Shown piece by piece: positions 49,153 to 61,081 of a DNA stretch of 64,000 bases. The stretch is from positions 68,303 to 132,302 of the forward strand of contig DAZE01000017.1 in the NCBI GenBank assembly GCA_002507175.1, given 5' to 3'. A program made the translations under genes and the position numbers. A model generated the notes under the pieces. The model did no database searches. It was not told the origin of the DNA and saw nothing but the letters and a program-made list of their open reading frames with translations. Each line of letters begins with the position of its first letter. Positions within the stretch are counted from its first letter, which is position 1. The stretch comes from Euryarchaeota archaeon UBA558. GTDB lineage: Archaea; Thermoplasmatota; Poseidoniia; Poseidoniales; Thalassarchaeaceae.

Positions 49153-50487
49153 ATGGGGTTCTCCAGAGTCCTCATAGCAAACCGTGGCGAAATTGCCCTC
49201 AGAATTTTGAGATCACTCCGTACTATGGGTATAGAGGTTGCAATTATACACGGAAGAGAAGATAGAACAAGTCTACCAGTGAGACTGTCTGATTATGCAG
49301 TCCCAATCTACCGGGACGACCCATTGCAAAGCTATCTAGACATCGAAGCGGTTGTGGAAGCGGCCAAAAGCGTCAAGGCTGATGCAGTGCATCCAGGATA
49401 TGGATTCCTCGCAGAAAACCCAGCATTTGCCCGTAGGCTGAAAGATGAGGGCATAGTATTCATCGGCCCTTCACCAGAGGTGCTGGAACTACTGGGGGAC
49501 AAGATACAAGCCCGTTCCACCATGGCTGCTGCTGGGTTACCAGTCGCTGGGGGTTCTAATCATCCAGTTGAAAACCCGAATGAAGCCAACTTAGTTGCAG
49601 CAGAGATTGGATATCCCGTGATCATAAAGGCAGCGGCTGGGGGCGGCGGCATCGGCATGCAGGTCGTGGCGAGTCAAGTTGACCTTGATTCGGCATTCCG
49701 TCTATGTTCTAGCAGAGCGAAGTCGGCGTTCGGAGATGGGAGGGTCTTCATCGAAAAGTACATCGAGAATGCACAACACATTGAATTTCAGGTTCTGGGT
49801 GATGGAACAAATGCAGTCCATTTCGGGGAAAGATTTTGCTCAATCCAGAGGAGGCACCAGAAAATTCTGGAAGAAGGACCTTGGCTAGACGATGATACTC
49901 GAAACAGGATGGGACAAAAAGTAGTGGAAGGTGCAATAACAGTTGGTTATTCTGGACTAGCCACATTCGAGTTTCTCAGAGACTCAAACGGGGAATTTTA
50001 CTTCCTAGAGGTCAACCCCAGAGTACAGGTTGAACATACTGTGACGGAGCAACTGACTGGATTCGACCTGGTCTCTTTGGGAATAAGGGTAGCATCAGGG
50101 GAAAGCATTGGAATATCGCAAGGTCAGATACAACTTACAGGCCATGCAATCCAAGCGAGAATTAATGCCGAGAAACCAACAGATTTCTCTCCTGCGCCGG
50201 GCAGATTATGGGAATGCCTACTTCCTTCCGGACCAGGAATAAGAGTAGATTCACACGCTTGCTCTGGCTACTCTATGCCAAGGTGCTTCGACTCACTACT
50301 TGCCAAGATCATTTCTCACGGAAGGGACCGTGAGGAGGCTATATCGAGATTGGATGCAGCACTGAGAGAAACGGTTCTAGATGGTGTGGATACTCTCATA
50401 CCTCTTCACAGGAAAATCCTAGAAGAACCCAACTTCCTCAAGAAGAACATGACCATCTCCTATCTTGAAGATCATGATTTTGGGTGA
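49153..50487 (+). CDS. accC: Biotin carboxylase subunit
   Basis: ANRGEIA, HPGYGFLAEN, KAAAGGGG, CSIQRRHQK, FLEVNPRVQVEH and DSLLAK. Confidence 0.93.
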   Translation: MGFSRVLIANRGEIALRILRSLRTMGIEVAIIHGREDRTSLPVRLSDYAVPIYRDDPLQSYLDIEAVVEAAKSVKADAVHPGYGFLAENPAFARRLKDEGIVFIGPSPEVLELLGDKIQARSTMAAAGLPVAGGSNHPVENPNEANLVAAEIGYPVIIKAAAGGGGIGMQVVASQVDLDSAFRLCSSRAKSAFGDGRVFIEKYIENAQHIEFQVLGDGTNAVHFGERFCSIQRRHQKILEEGPWLDDDTRNRMGQKVVEGAITVGYSGLATFEFLRDSNGEFYFLEVNPRVQVEHTVTEQLTGFDLVSLGIRVASGESIGISQGQIQLTGHAIQARINAEKPTDFSPAPGRLWECLLPSGPGIRVDSHACSGYSMPRCFDSLLAKIISHGRDREEAISRLDAALRETVLDGVDTLIPLHRKILEEPNFLKKNMTISYLEDHDFG

Positions 50488-50491
50488 AAGA

Positions 50492-51457
50492 ATGGAGTTA
50501 GTTATCGTTGGAAGTGCTGGTTATGATGACATCGAGACACCACTTGGGAAGGTAAGCGGCCTTCTGGGTGGATCTGCCATATATTCTGGGCTCTCAGCGG
50601 CTTTTCATGCAAGAGACATAGGGCTACAGAGGCTTAGTGTGGGCATTGTTTCTATTGTAGGGGAAGACTTCGACCCTGATTCAGAAAGAAAATTGAGACA
50701 ATCTGGGTTGGACCTAAGGGGATTAAGGAGATCAATGCTTCCGACATTCAGATGGTCTGGAAGGTATGAGGGTTCAATGGATCATGCAGAGACCGTTTCA
50801 ACCGAGCTAAATTCCCTTGTGGACTTCAACCCTGATTTTCCATCGGGTTGGAAAAACCCTGAAATTGTATTCTGCTCTAGTGCTAGCCCAAAGTCTCAGA
50901 ACTCAGTCCTTGATGCAAATCAGGAAGCCTTTGTCACTGCCTTGGACACCTTTGCCCTATGGATAGAGGAAGACTTTCATGGCCTCTCCGAGGCAATGAG
51001 GAAGGTGGACATCGCAATTTTCAATGAAGATGAAGTCAATCGAATCGGCAACGACTCGAATTACATGGTTTCCGCTAAAAAAATAATGAGCGGAGAGGCA
51101 CTAGACGGCGGGGGACTTCTTGGTCCGGGACCTGATTGCTTAATTGTGAAGCGAGGCAGTGCAGGTTGCGTGTGCATCCATCGAGATGGAGTAATCACCC
51201 TACCAGCGTATCCGACCACCATGATTGTCGATCCGACTGGTTGTGGAGACGTATTCGCAGGTGCTTTTTTGGCTCAATTGGTTCCACTAAGAGGAAGAAT
51301 TGCTGATATTGAATCAATACGGAGAGCATTAGTCCACGCGACTGTCACGGCCTCATTTAATATCGAATCATTCGGGACTGATGCAATTGCCAACTTGAAA
51401 AGAGGAAAATATAGGGCAAGATTGGACAAGTTTAGGAGAATGATTGGCATTATCTGA
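50492..51457 (+). CDS. PfkB family carbohydrate/nucleoside kinase
   Basis: LGGSAIY, VKRG and DPTGCGDVFAG. Confidence 0.9.
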   Translation: MELVIVGSAGYDDIETPLGKVSGLLGGSAIYSGLSAAFHARDIGLQRLSVGIVSIVGEDFDPDSERKLRQSGLDLRGLRRSMLPTFRWSGRYEGSMDHAETVSTELNSLVDFNPDFPSGWKNPEIVFCSSASPKSQNSVLDANQEAFVTALDTFALWIEEDFHGLSEAMRKVDIAIFNEDEVNRIGNDSNYMVSAKKIMSGEALDGGGLLGPGPDCLIVKRGSAGCVCIHRDGVITLPAYPTTMIVDPTGCGDVFAGAFLAQLVPLRGRIADIESIRRALVHATVTASFNIESFGTDAIANLKRGKYRARLDKFRRMIGII

Positions 51458-52883
51458 GATGTCTGACCCCGGGTATCCCGGCTTCCTGGCCGCCGTAGTC
51501 ACTCGGCCTCATCTCACTGAACCTCGGAACTTCCAACTCTGAATGATTTCTACTCTGATTGTACGCGAGCCTCCTATTGTTCACGATCTTGTTGAGTGCA
51601 ACTCGCCCCACTGTATCAGAAAATGACCTATTAGATGCCCCTCCTAGCCGCACCTCCGATTGGTGACCTTGATCAGCACGAAGCCTGAGTCTTTGGGTTG
51701 AGAAAAACCTCATTGTGGGAGAAGGGAAAGTTTCTGATTCAAGGGCCCGATTTTCCCTCGCTCTTCCCTTGATTTCCTTCTTGGATGGTGCCAAAAGCCT
51801 CTCAATAATCGATTTTCCTCTCGGTCCTCGAATCACAGAGTTGGGTGCGGGAAGATTTCTGCCTCTTCCGACGTCGTTCATAACTTGCCTGGCTCTGGCT
51901 TGTTTGACTATCCCTGGACGACACTCCTCACGAACGGCTGCATCTGTTGGATTAGGTAGAGAGAACTCATGGTTTTTGACATCTCGATATTCCTCATGGG
52001 CCCGCTTGATCATCATTGAACTAGATTGTTCAATTGACTCATCGATTGGGGGCTGAACACCCCAATTATTCATCACTGAAGGCTCGGTTGAGATTGTTTC
52101 TTGCACATATTTTTCGGCTGGGGCTGGATCGTCAAACATGCTCCACTCCAAACCAGCATCCTCTTGATCGGAGAATACGAAGCTAGCATCAAAAGGAAGA
52201 TTTTCCTCAATCACAGGCTCTTCAAATACCGAAGAGAAAACTTCCTCCTTTGGCTCTAACTCAGGTTCCGCTTGCGCTCGGCGGATCATGGGGCGGTACT
52301 GTGGGTTAGCTACTTGGGGGAGGCCCTGGCCAAGCATAGTTGGAGAATCAGTGGCGTTTTCTGGCAATAAATTCTGGGTTGCAATCCTGTTCTCTTCAAC
52401 CCTCATCCACGATTTTTTTATCTCTATTCTGGCATCGCCAACTGAATGACCGTGCATTACCCTGTTTAACATCTGATAGAGGTAGAGCAATTCGCTTTGA
52501 GTCCCAGAGATTAGATGTCTGGTTCCACTGTTGTGATCTATTGCCAATATCGGCAACCTGAATCCAACATATACCACGACACAAAAAATACCAGAAAAAC
52601 CCGCTAAGTAGGAATATGGTTCCACCAACACTCTAAACGAGGAAATTATCAATGTGAGACCTATTACTATCCATGTTCTCGAAAACTTTTGTATGTCGGT
52701 TTGCCTTAGGCTATCAATTGAACCGAGCTCAATGGCAGTTCCCATGCCTCTAGCGTCCTCGAAACGAAGGCTTCGCTGGTCGAGAACTGCTCTAAAGTGT
52801 CTTGACAGCCCGACCAGAGAGAGTCCGTCGAACCATTCCGACTCACTCCCCTCTGCTCGAGCCCGCGGCCCGGCTGAGTACAT
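51450..52883 (-). CDS. Hypothetical membrane protein with long low-complexity C-terminus
   Basis: 477-aa ORF with two TM helices near the N-terminus, followed by acidic and then Arg-rich disordered regions. Confidence 0.65.
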   Translation of the reverse strand: MYSAGPRARAEGSESEWFDGLSLVGLSRHFRAVLDQRSLRFEDARGMGTAIELGSIDSLRQTDIQKFSRTWIVIGLTLIISSFRVLVEPYSYLAGFSGIFCVVVYVGFRLPILAIDHNSGTRHLISGTQSELLYLYQMLNRVMHGHSVGDARIEIKKSWMRVEENRIATQNLLPENATDSPTMLGQGLPQVANPQYRPMIRRAQAEPELEPKEEVFSSVFEEPVIEENLPFDASFVFSDQEDAGLEWSMFDDPAPAEKYVQETISTEPSVMNNWGVQPPIDESIEQSSSMMIKRAHEEYRDVKNHEFSLPNPTDAAVREECRPGIVKQARARQVMNDVGRGRNLPAPNSVIRGPRGKSIIERLLAPSKKEIKGRARENRALESETFPSPTMRFFSTQRLRLRADQGHQSEVRLGGASNRSFSDTVGRVALNKIVNNRRLAYNQSRNHSELEVPRFSEMRPSDYGGQEAGIPGVRHLR

Positions 52884-52965
52884 CCCAATCGCCCATATCT
52901 CCTATTACAATTTATACTCTTAGGCTGAAACAACCATATCAGGCCAAAACAAACCGCATTCTAGG

Positions 52966-53949
52966 CTAGACCATTTGTATGTTGGAAACTGGTCCAATGA
53001 TCCTCATCGGACCAGCATCGAGCTGAACCAACAAAGGCGGTTTGTCAAAAGTGGTTCTCAGATCGATCGGCCGATCCCAGTTCACAACCATGGTATTTTC
53101 CTCGATGGACTCTATTCTGCCGACAAAAAATTGGAGATCGAAGGACATGTGGATGACATCGCCTGCTTGAGGGGTTTTATTTTGAAAGACAGAAATCGCT
53201 ACTGTCAAGTGACTTTTCTCTGACCGGATGAGTAGATTTGATTCCTCAGATACGATTTGACTTCCTTTGTCCAGGGAGTCATCACTAACCCCCCTAAGTG
53301 CAATGCCGACCCTATCCCCTGTCAAAGCCCTGTCCACATCATCATCCATTACCTGTAGCGATCTTACAATCCCGTTGGCCTTTTTTGGGTATATTTTCAC
53401 ATTGTCATGTCTTGCCAACACACCTGACCTCACATATCCTATTCCAACCAATCCTATCCCCTTGACCACGAAATGCTGATCAATGGATACCAATAATTCA
53501 CCCACGCTATTCTGCTTTTCCACTTGACGTAATAGGACTGTTCGGTACTCATTCAAATCAGGCATCTGATGATGCACATTCCATGACCTCAACCCTGCTT
53601 CATGCTTGACCAGATTTACTTTATCCGGATCAATCCAAGCCCCATCCTTAGGGTTAATGATTAGATCTCCGTGTTCGATGCCAGATGAGGAGAATGCCAC
53701 CATCGATTCCCCTAGCGCAGCGTCAATGGAGTTGACTTCGATGATCCCGTAATCAGCGACATTCAAAGCAGAGAGTAGGGGTCGGATTCGTTCAGGAAAG
53801 TTGAGGGGGCGAATAAGAGAAAGTATCCTGCGATCTGGTCCGGCACCCTCTTTGAAAACATAAGACTCCACATCTCTTGAGTCAGTTAGCTTGCCTATCG
53901 ATCGACATAATTCCTGACTCCCGAGGATAGCGATATTCAGAACTGGCAT
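52966..53949 (-). CDS. SelB/EF-Tu-like protein with degenerate GTPase domain
   Basis: EF-Tu domain II motifs IDQHFVVKGIGLV, VRSLQVMD and GDRVGIALRG; no GxxxxGK P-loop. Confidence 0.8.
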   Translation of the reverse strand: MPVLNIAILGSQELCRSIGKLTDSRDVESYVFKEGAGPDRRILSLIRPLNFPERIRPLLSALNVADYGIIEVNSIDAALGESMVAFSSSGIEHGDLIINPKDGAWIDPDKVNLVKHEAGLRSWNVHHQMPDLNEYRTVLLRQVEKQNSVGELLVSIDQHFVVKGIGLVGIGYVRSGVLARHDNVKIYPKKANGIVRSLQVMDDDVDRALTGDRVGIALRGVSDDSLDKGSQIVSEESNLLIRSEKSHLTVAISVFQNKTPQAGDVIHMSFDLQFFVGRIESIEENTMVVNWDRPIDLRTTFDKPPLLVQLDAGPMRIIGPVSNIQMV

Positions 53950-53988
53950 TGAACTCGACCTACCTAGATTTGACAAGTCTTATGCCTA

Positions 53989-54447
53989 TCAGCCATCCAT
54001 TCTCATACCTTCTCTAGCCATTTTTGCAAGGGAGTACAGCCGCTGCTCTTCATCCCCTTCCGGGTTAAATTGGGGGACTTTGGTAGGCTTCAGAGAATCA
54101 TCTACGGCGACCATGAAGAAAAAGCCTGAGCAAATTTCCTCTGGAGTCCAATTCTTCCGAGATAGTCTACAAGAAGTCACATGGACCCCTATGGTTCTTG
54201 GAGATGTCCAGACGACACGGGCAATCGTCCTAATCACATCACCTTGGTATGCCGGTCTCTTAAACTTCAATGCATCAACCGAGATCGTCACGACGTCCTC
54301 GCTGCAGAATTTACTGGCTGCCATGCCAGCTGCTGTATCCATTATCGACATCAATCGACCCCCAAAAAGCGTGTCCAGTGCGTTGGTGTCCCCCGGGAAT
54401 ACTTCATTCAGTTGAATTACTGGGGCTTTCCTTTCACGATCGTCCAT
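53989..54447 (-). CDS. Acyl-CoA thioesterase (hotdog, YciA-like)
   Basis: VFPGDTN, LFGGRLMSIMD, VVT and FFMVAVD. Confidence 0.92.
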   Translation of the reverse strand: MDDRERKAPVIQLNEVFPGDTNALDTLFGGRLMSIMDTAAGMAASKFCSEDVVTISVDALKFKRPAYQGDVIRTIARVVWTSPRTIGVHVTSCRLSRKNWTPEEICSGFFFMVAVDDSLKPTKVPQFNPEGDEEQRLYSLAKMAREGMRMDG

Positions 54448-54533
54448 GTTAATGACCCAATAGTCTCAGCCACTTCAATCCACCCCGCACATCAGCCAAT
54501 TGTAGGCGTTTCAACCGCTTGATTGATGTCTTC

Positions 54534-55322
54534 ATGTCGAATCAGAGGGTTGTGAGCGCATCGACACTGGTCTGGACCCCGGTCGAAATTTATGATCCGG
54601 ATGGAGGAAAGTACATACTATGGCCACACCTTCCTTGTGTGGATTCCCCCGCAGAACTCAGGCCTGATCTAAATCCCAGAAATTTGGCCTTCCTTGCATC
54701 CTCTGAGGATTTATGGCGATGGAAAGAGGAAGAAATAGAGAATGAGGCTAATCCAGGGGCCCACGTCGCTGCCGCATCTGCATCTGGAACATCCCTCGGG
54801 AGATATCTTTCCGACCTATTGGGGTTGGGATTGCATGATGTTCGAATACCGGATCCCGAGCCTATGCGCCTCCTAAAAGATCATGGTGGCGCCAAAGTCT
54901 TCCCCTTAGAACCCTCAAGCGACGATCCTGGCTGGGCAGATTTGATGGTAAGACATGCCGAGCAAGCTTCGAAAGCTTCGACTTTCCTAGGCCTAATCTC
55001 CACAGGCAGAAGATGGAGAAAGTTGAGGACATCATCAATATCAAGACTCCATCATCATGATGCCATTGATCCCGAAATTGGGGCTGCCGCAGCCTCAGCT
55101 GTCGCTTGGTGGGCTGAGGAACAACGTTCTTGGACAAAAGAACTCACAAAAGAAAGAGATCTCAGGATAGCTTCCAGGCTGCGCGGTGCCATGAGGTCTG
55201 CGAGGGAAGGAGAGTCCGATTGTGAGATTCTAGTACCTATTCACCAAGCTAGACTAAACGAAATCGCGGAGGCACTATCTACGTGGCCTGAGTGTGAAGA
55301 TTGCAAGGAGGGGGGCGCTTGA
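54534..55322 (+). CDS. Hypothetical protein
   Basis: Long ORF, first of an overlapping three-gene run (TTGA and GTGA overlaps). Confidence 0.65.
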   Translation: MSNQRVVSASTLVWTPVEIYDPDGGKYILWPHLPCVDSPAELRPDLNPRNLAFLASSEDLWRWKEEEIENEANPGAHVAAASASGTSLGRYLSDLLGLGLHDVRIPDPEPMRLLKDHGGAKVFPLEPSSDDPGWADLMVRHAEQASKASTFLGLISTGRRWRKLRTSSISRLHHHDAIDPEIGAAAASAVAWWAEEQRSWTKELTKERDLRIASRLRGAMRSAREGESDCEILVPIHQARLNEIAEALSTWPECEDCKEGGA

Positions 55323-55852
55323 CAGATATCGGGAGCAGACTTGAGATCGAGATTGAAGATCAGAACTTCAGGTTCCGTGCCAAAGAACCCCCAACCCAGG
55401 AGGCTGCCATGACCCTACTGGGTGCAAAAAGAATTGGAGACAATGTCATTATCGAGCGCTCTAGACCGACTGCTACCCTCGTTTTTGAGCAAACAGGCAG
55501 CATACTTGTACATGGTCTGGCCAGAGCGGAGGTCGCAAAGTTGGCCATACGCGAATCCCTACTCCAACTGGGTCTACCTGAAGAGGGACTATCCATGGAG
55601 TCTGGCTCAGTTCTTGCAAGATTTACAAGTGGGCGGGCCGTTATATCCAGTGTTGCAACCACCAGACTCTCAGAAGCCTCAATCAACGAAGATATCGGAG
55701 CTGTGGAGATAGCCGCTACAAGGTTTGGGGGCGTCATCCTGATCTTCCCGAGCGGAAAGGGACTCGCCATAGGCATGAGGTCCAGAAGAATTGCAGAGCT
55801 AGCAATTGAGACCTACCTTGAGATCCTAGAGCAAGAGGGAGCCCTTGCGTGA
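55319..55852 (+). CDS. Divergent TATA-binding-protein-like protein
   Basis: Two TBP-like repeats (RPTATLVFEQTGSILVHGLARAEVAKLAI and FGGVILIFPSGKGLAIGMRSRRIAELAI) in ~177 aa. TTG start overlaps the upstream TGA. Confidence 0.7.
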   Translation: MTDIGSRLEIEIEDQNFRFRAKEPPTQEAAMTLLGAKRIGDNVIIERSRPTATLVFEQTGSILVHGLARAEVAKLAIRESLLQLGLPEEGLSMESGSVLARFTSGRAVISSVATTRLSEASINEDIGAVEIAATRFGGVILIFPSGKGLAIGMRSRRIAELAIETYLEILEQEGALA

Positions 55853-56748
55853 GAATCATGATGAATGGATGGAATTGGGACGGCCCTATCCTGGATCATC
55901 ACATGCATTTGGACAGCATGGGCATGGGCGTTGAGGCTGCAAGGACGTTCAAATCCGCGGGCGGGACATCACTCATCCTTGTCCATAAGCCAAATTTTGA
56001 TTCATTGCCGGAAAACAAGGATGACTACCGGGCAGCATATTCCAAAACACTTGATATGGCTGAGAGTGTGAGGAAAAACACTGGGATCAACGTCGGAGTT
56101 ATTTTGGGCCCGCACCCCGTTTCATGGGAGCGTCAGATCGGTGAAATCGGTTTAGATAGGTCCAATGAGCTGCACCTAGAGGCAGTCTCACTAGCACTTG
56201 AATTTACTCAGGAAAGACAGGCCATCGGGATTGGGGAGGTCGGAAGGCCACATTACGTAATATCCGAGGAGAGGTGGAACCATGCCAATGAGCTATTGGT
56301 AGAAGTTCTGAAAATGGCGAAAGAGGACGGGTCAGCGGTCCAATTGCACGTTGAAGAGAACTCCTCAGAAACCTACAGGACGATAGATGAGATCAGGAGA
56401 CAAGCCGGTCTCGGTAGAGATAAAACTGTCAGACATTATGCGAAAGCAAACCTTTCTGAAAAATTCAGACATGGAATGTCTTGTACGGTGAATGTGGGAA
56501 AAGGATCAATCTGCGATATCTTGGATACGTGGCAGAAGGGCAATGCGCCGTGGGGCATGGAAACTGATTACCTAGATGACCCAAAACGGCCAGGAGCGGT
56601 ACTAGGACCCAAAACAATTCCAAAAAGAACCACTGAACTCTGCGATGAGTGGAAGAAGCGAGGAAAGAGAGAGGCAGAATTAGACGAACTTCTCCACAGA
56701 GTCAATCTTGATTGGGTCGAGAGGACTTATGGATGGGTCCCATCTTGA
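55849..56748 (+). CDS. TatD-family metallohydrolase (archaeal type)
   Basis: DHHMH, GPHP, GEVGRPHY, QLH, RHY and METDYLDDPKRPGAVLGP. Confidence 0.9.
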   Translation: MRIMMNGWNWDGPILDHHMHLDSMGMGVEAARTFKSAGGTSLILVHKPNFDSLPENKDDYRAAYSKTLDMAESVRKNTGINVGVILGPHPVSWERQIGEIGLDRSNELHLEAVSLALEFTQERQAIGIGEVGRPHYVISEERWNHANELLVEVLKMAKEDGSAVQLHVEENSSETYRTIDEIRRQAGLGRDKTVRHYAKANLSEKFRHGMSCTVNVGKGSICDILDTWQKGNAPWGMETDYLDDPKRPGAVLGPKTIPKRTTELCDEWKKRGKREAELDELLHRVNLDWVERTYGWVPS

Positions 56749-56957
56749 AATAGCCTCATTAGACTGATCCTCGGCATGAAGGCAAGTATGCCACCGATGA
56801 TAAAAAGGAAAAGAAAAGACAGTCCAACGAGCCAATCAGGACTATTGATCGCTATGTCCATGGCCTCCACAGCCAAAAGAAAAAGAGGTGCGTTCACAGG
56901 TAGAAAAACAACCAACATCGCGATGCCGATCCTGCGTCTCCAATACATCCGTCTCAT
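56727..56957 (-). CDS. Small 2-TM membrane protein
   Basis: Basic N-terminus and two hydrophobic helices; start taken at ATG 56957. Confidence 0.55.
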   Translation of the reverse strand: MRRMYWRRRIGIAMLVVFLPVNAPLFLLAVEAMDIAINSPDWLVGLSFLFLFIIGGILAFMPRISLMRLFQDGTHP

Positions 56958-57042
56958 ACTTCCGAGGACCAATAGGTGCATAACGAAGACGGGTATATGT
57001 GACCGAATCGATTTAGAGTCCAAGTAGTGTCCCATGGGCATA

Positions 57043-57119
57043 GCGCCTGTAGTGAAGTCTGGTTATCACCTGAGGTTTCCAACCTCATATCCTGGGTTCG
57101 AATCCCGGCGGGCGCACCA
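57043..57119 (+). tRNA. tRNA-Gly (TCC)
   Basis: GCGCCTG/CGGGCGC acceptor stem, TGAGG-TTTCCAA-CCTCA anticodon arm, GGTTCGAATCC and encoded CCA. Confidence 0.96.
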
Positions 57120-57167
57120 ATTGGTTCAGTACTGAAGACTACATACTCCAAGTGTTCCGCAGGGGGT

Positions 57168-59039
<1,872 letters not shown>

Positions 59040-59041
59040 AC

Positions 59042-59740
59042 ATGACAGAGATAGAGTGGGTAAGTATACCCCCTGGGGCCGTGGAGATGGGTTCTAACAA
59101 CCGATCTGTGTTATTTGGCAATCTTGGTCCACGACATATGTTCAATATCAGCAGCCCGTTTGAAATCAGCAAATACCCAGTCGAGTCAGACCTTGCCCGA
59201 GAGGTTCTAGCACAGGATGAAGCACATGTCGCCTCAGAATCAGAATGGGAACGCGCAATGTCAATTGGAGCAATCACTGGTGAAATTGGTACAATAGAGG
59301 TACTAGCCGACTCTGCGACGAATTACTGGGGAAAACATTGTGATGGAAGGCCATTCATCCAAGAAAATCCGATAAGGACAAGAAGAGTACGGACGTGGAA
59401 GAAAGGGCGAACCCAGAAATCAACGAGGCCCATCGAGTCAATCCAAGATTTTCCAAGGAGACTTGTCAAGAGAACTTCGAATTACGATGATAACGCACTT
59501 TCACTTCCAGCTAGGGCAGACAATCGGAGGATTGTATTTGAAGAAATTGTAATCTGCACCTTGACTGGAATAATACCATCGTTTGTATGGGCTTTTTTCA
59601 ATGCCTCACAGGGCTACATCGCAGAGGGTTGGCTCAATCTTATCCTTGGAGGTGTTTTCATGGGGCTGTGTACTGGGATATTTTGGCGTCCTCGCACACC
59701 AACCTATCTGGAGAATGACGGGATGTGGAAGCTGGAGTGA
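59042..59740 (+). CDS. Hypothetical protein with truncated FGE-sulfatase-like N-terminus and two C-terminal TM helices
   Basis: WVSIPPGAVEMGS, PRH, FEISKYPV and SESEWERA echo the FGE/SUMF1 fold. Confidence 0.55.
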   Translation: MTEIEWVSIPPGAVEMGSNNRSVLFGNLGPRHMFNISSPFEISKYPVESDLAREVLAQDEAHVASESEWERAMSIGAITGEIGTIEVLADSATNYWGKHCDGRPFIQENPIRTRRVRTWKKGRTQKSTRPIESIQDFPRRLVKRTSNYDDNALSLPARADNRRIVFEEIVICTLTGIIPSFVWAFFNASQGYIAEGWLNLILGGVFMGLCTGIFWRPRTPTYLENDGMWKLE

Positions 59741-59745
59741 ACTTG

Positions 59746-60498
59746 CTAATCGTTTGTGACCCGAGGTGCTAGCAGGAAGGTCCATTTTGCGCCACCCCCA
59801 TTGCTTACCCAGTCGACTTTCAGCGGATAAGAAGCTTTGAATTGGATATCCAAGGTCTCTGTCGCACCGGGGTTTATTTTTCTCGCAAGTTCATTGGGGA
59901 ACCTGATTGAGTATGTTGAGGTCGAGGGCTGCTTCACTGAAAGTTCACCAAGTTCGCCGGCTTCAAATTTAGTCTCGACAGACTCTCCTGTTGGTTCACC
60001 GGATCGAACAGCAAAGTGACTGGCATCTACGGACAGGTCCACCAAATCGCCTCCTAGTTTGGCCGCCTTGAAAGATCTGGCGAATTTCTCAGTGGAGATG
60101 ACTACCTTCATACCCTCAAAGTCCAAGCTTGGCAACTTGACCTCCTCGATCATTGACACATCCAGCCCCCTTATCGTACGTCGAACCTCACTGACATGAA
60201 CAACCATGGAGCTCGTAGCTTGATCGTAATCAAGTTCGATCAGGTCATTAGGACCAGCAAGTGCGAGAACCTCTCCCAGTTTCCTGAGATCTATCCCTAT
60301 TTCCATTGGTTCCACTTCGTAAGTCTCGAAACATTCGTCTGCTACCATCATTTCCAACATTGCAACGTGACTCACATCAACTGATGAGCAAGCGAGACCC
60401 TTTTCACCCCAACGAAACTTTGCCTCCTCATTGTCCAATATGGAGAGTAGGTCCACGATTTCCCTCATTACTTGTTGCTTTGCAGTCACCCTTAGCAT
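59746..60498 (-). CDS. pcn: DNA polymerase sliding clamp PCNA
   Basis: EAKF, VDVSHVAML, FETYEV, IGIDL, YS, YPL and FLLAPR. Confidence 0.9.
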   Translation of the reverse strand: MLRVTAKQQVMREIVDLLSILDNEEAKFRWGEKGLACSSVDVSHVAMLEMMVADECFETYEVEPMEIGIDLRKLGEVLALAGPNDLIELDYDQATSSMVVHVSEVRRTIRGLDVSMIEEVKLPSLDFEGMKVVISTEKFARSFKAAKLGGDLVDLSVDASHFAVRSGEPTGESVETKFEAGELGELSVKQPSTSTYSIRFPNELARKINPGATETLDIQFKASYPLKVDWVSNGGGAKWTFLLAPRVTND

Positions 60499-60560
60499 GG
60501 TACCATTCTCACCTAGTTTCAACCCCGGAGGTTATTCATCATTCGGTGAGATCAGGCCAA

Positions 60561-60941
60561 CTATTGGTATTCCCTAAAGCGGTGGCCACAGGCTTCACAG
60601 GTGCATATTTTCGTTTCAGGCTCATCGCTTGACCTCGTTTGTTGCAACTCAACGAAAATCCTGTCCCCGTCGCACTTTGGACACCTGTAATCCCCGACTC
60701 TGAGGGTGCCTCTCGCTATATCTGGTGCTTGTACCTCTGTGAGATGCTTCAGATCGGTAGACTTCGTCGAGGACTTTGTGTTGACGATATCGATCTCTTG
60801 GCCATCTGATCCAATGACGGTTGCGCTGGCACCGTCTTTGCCACCTACTGGGCCCTCATATCCACACTTGTAATTTGTACATCTGATATTCCCGCTTGGA
60901 TCTACGAAGCCTAATGTACCGCATTCTGGACAGAACATCAC
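60561..60941 (-). CDS. tfs: Transcription factor S / RpoM
   Basis: FCPECG N-terminal zinc ribbon; CPKC...QTRSSDEPET...CEAC with the catalytic DE. Confidence 0.92.
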   Translation of the reverse strand: MMFCPECGTLGFVDPSGNIRCTNYKCGYEGPVGGKDGASATVIGSDGQEIDIVNTKSSTKSTDLKHLTEVQAPDIARGTLRVGDYRCPKCDGDRIFVELQQTRSSDEPETKICTCEACGHRFREYQ

Positions 60942-61081
60942 GTCACCTTAACGGTCTTCCTCATTGACATGAGGTTTTCAATCCTCCCATCCTAAGTTAA
61001 ATCGCCATATGTGTTTTCCCACGGTATTTCTTGGATGGATTTACCCATACCGTTGAAGACAAGCCGCATACTGGCTACCAC

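Noticed and set aside
52966-53949. Selenocysteine machinery
   Set aside because: The protein lacks the GTPase motifs, and no selD, tRNA-Sec or in-frame UGA gene was seen.
57027-57167. N-terminal extension of the ABC exporter ORF
   Set aside because: It reads through tRNA-Gly(TCC); the real start is probably ATG 57168.
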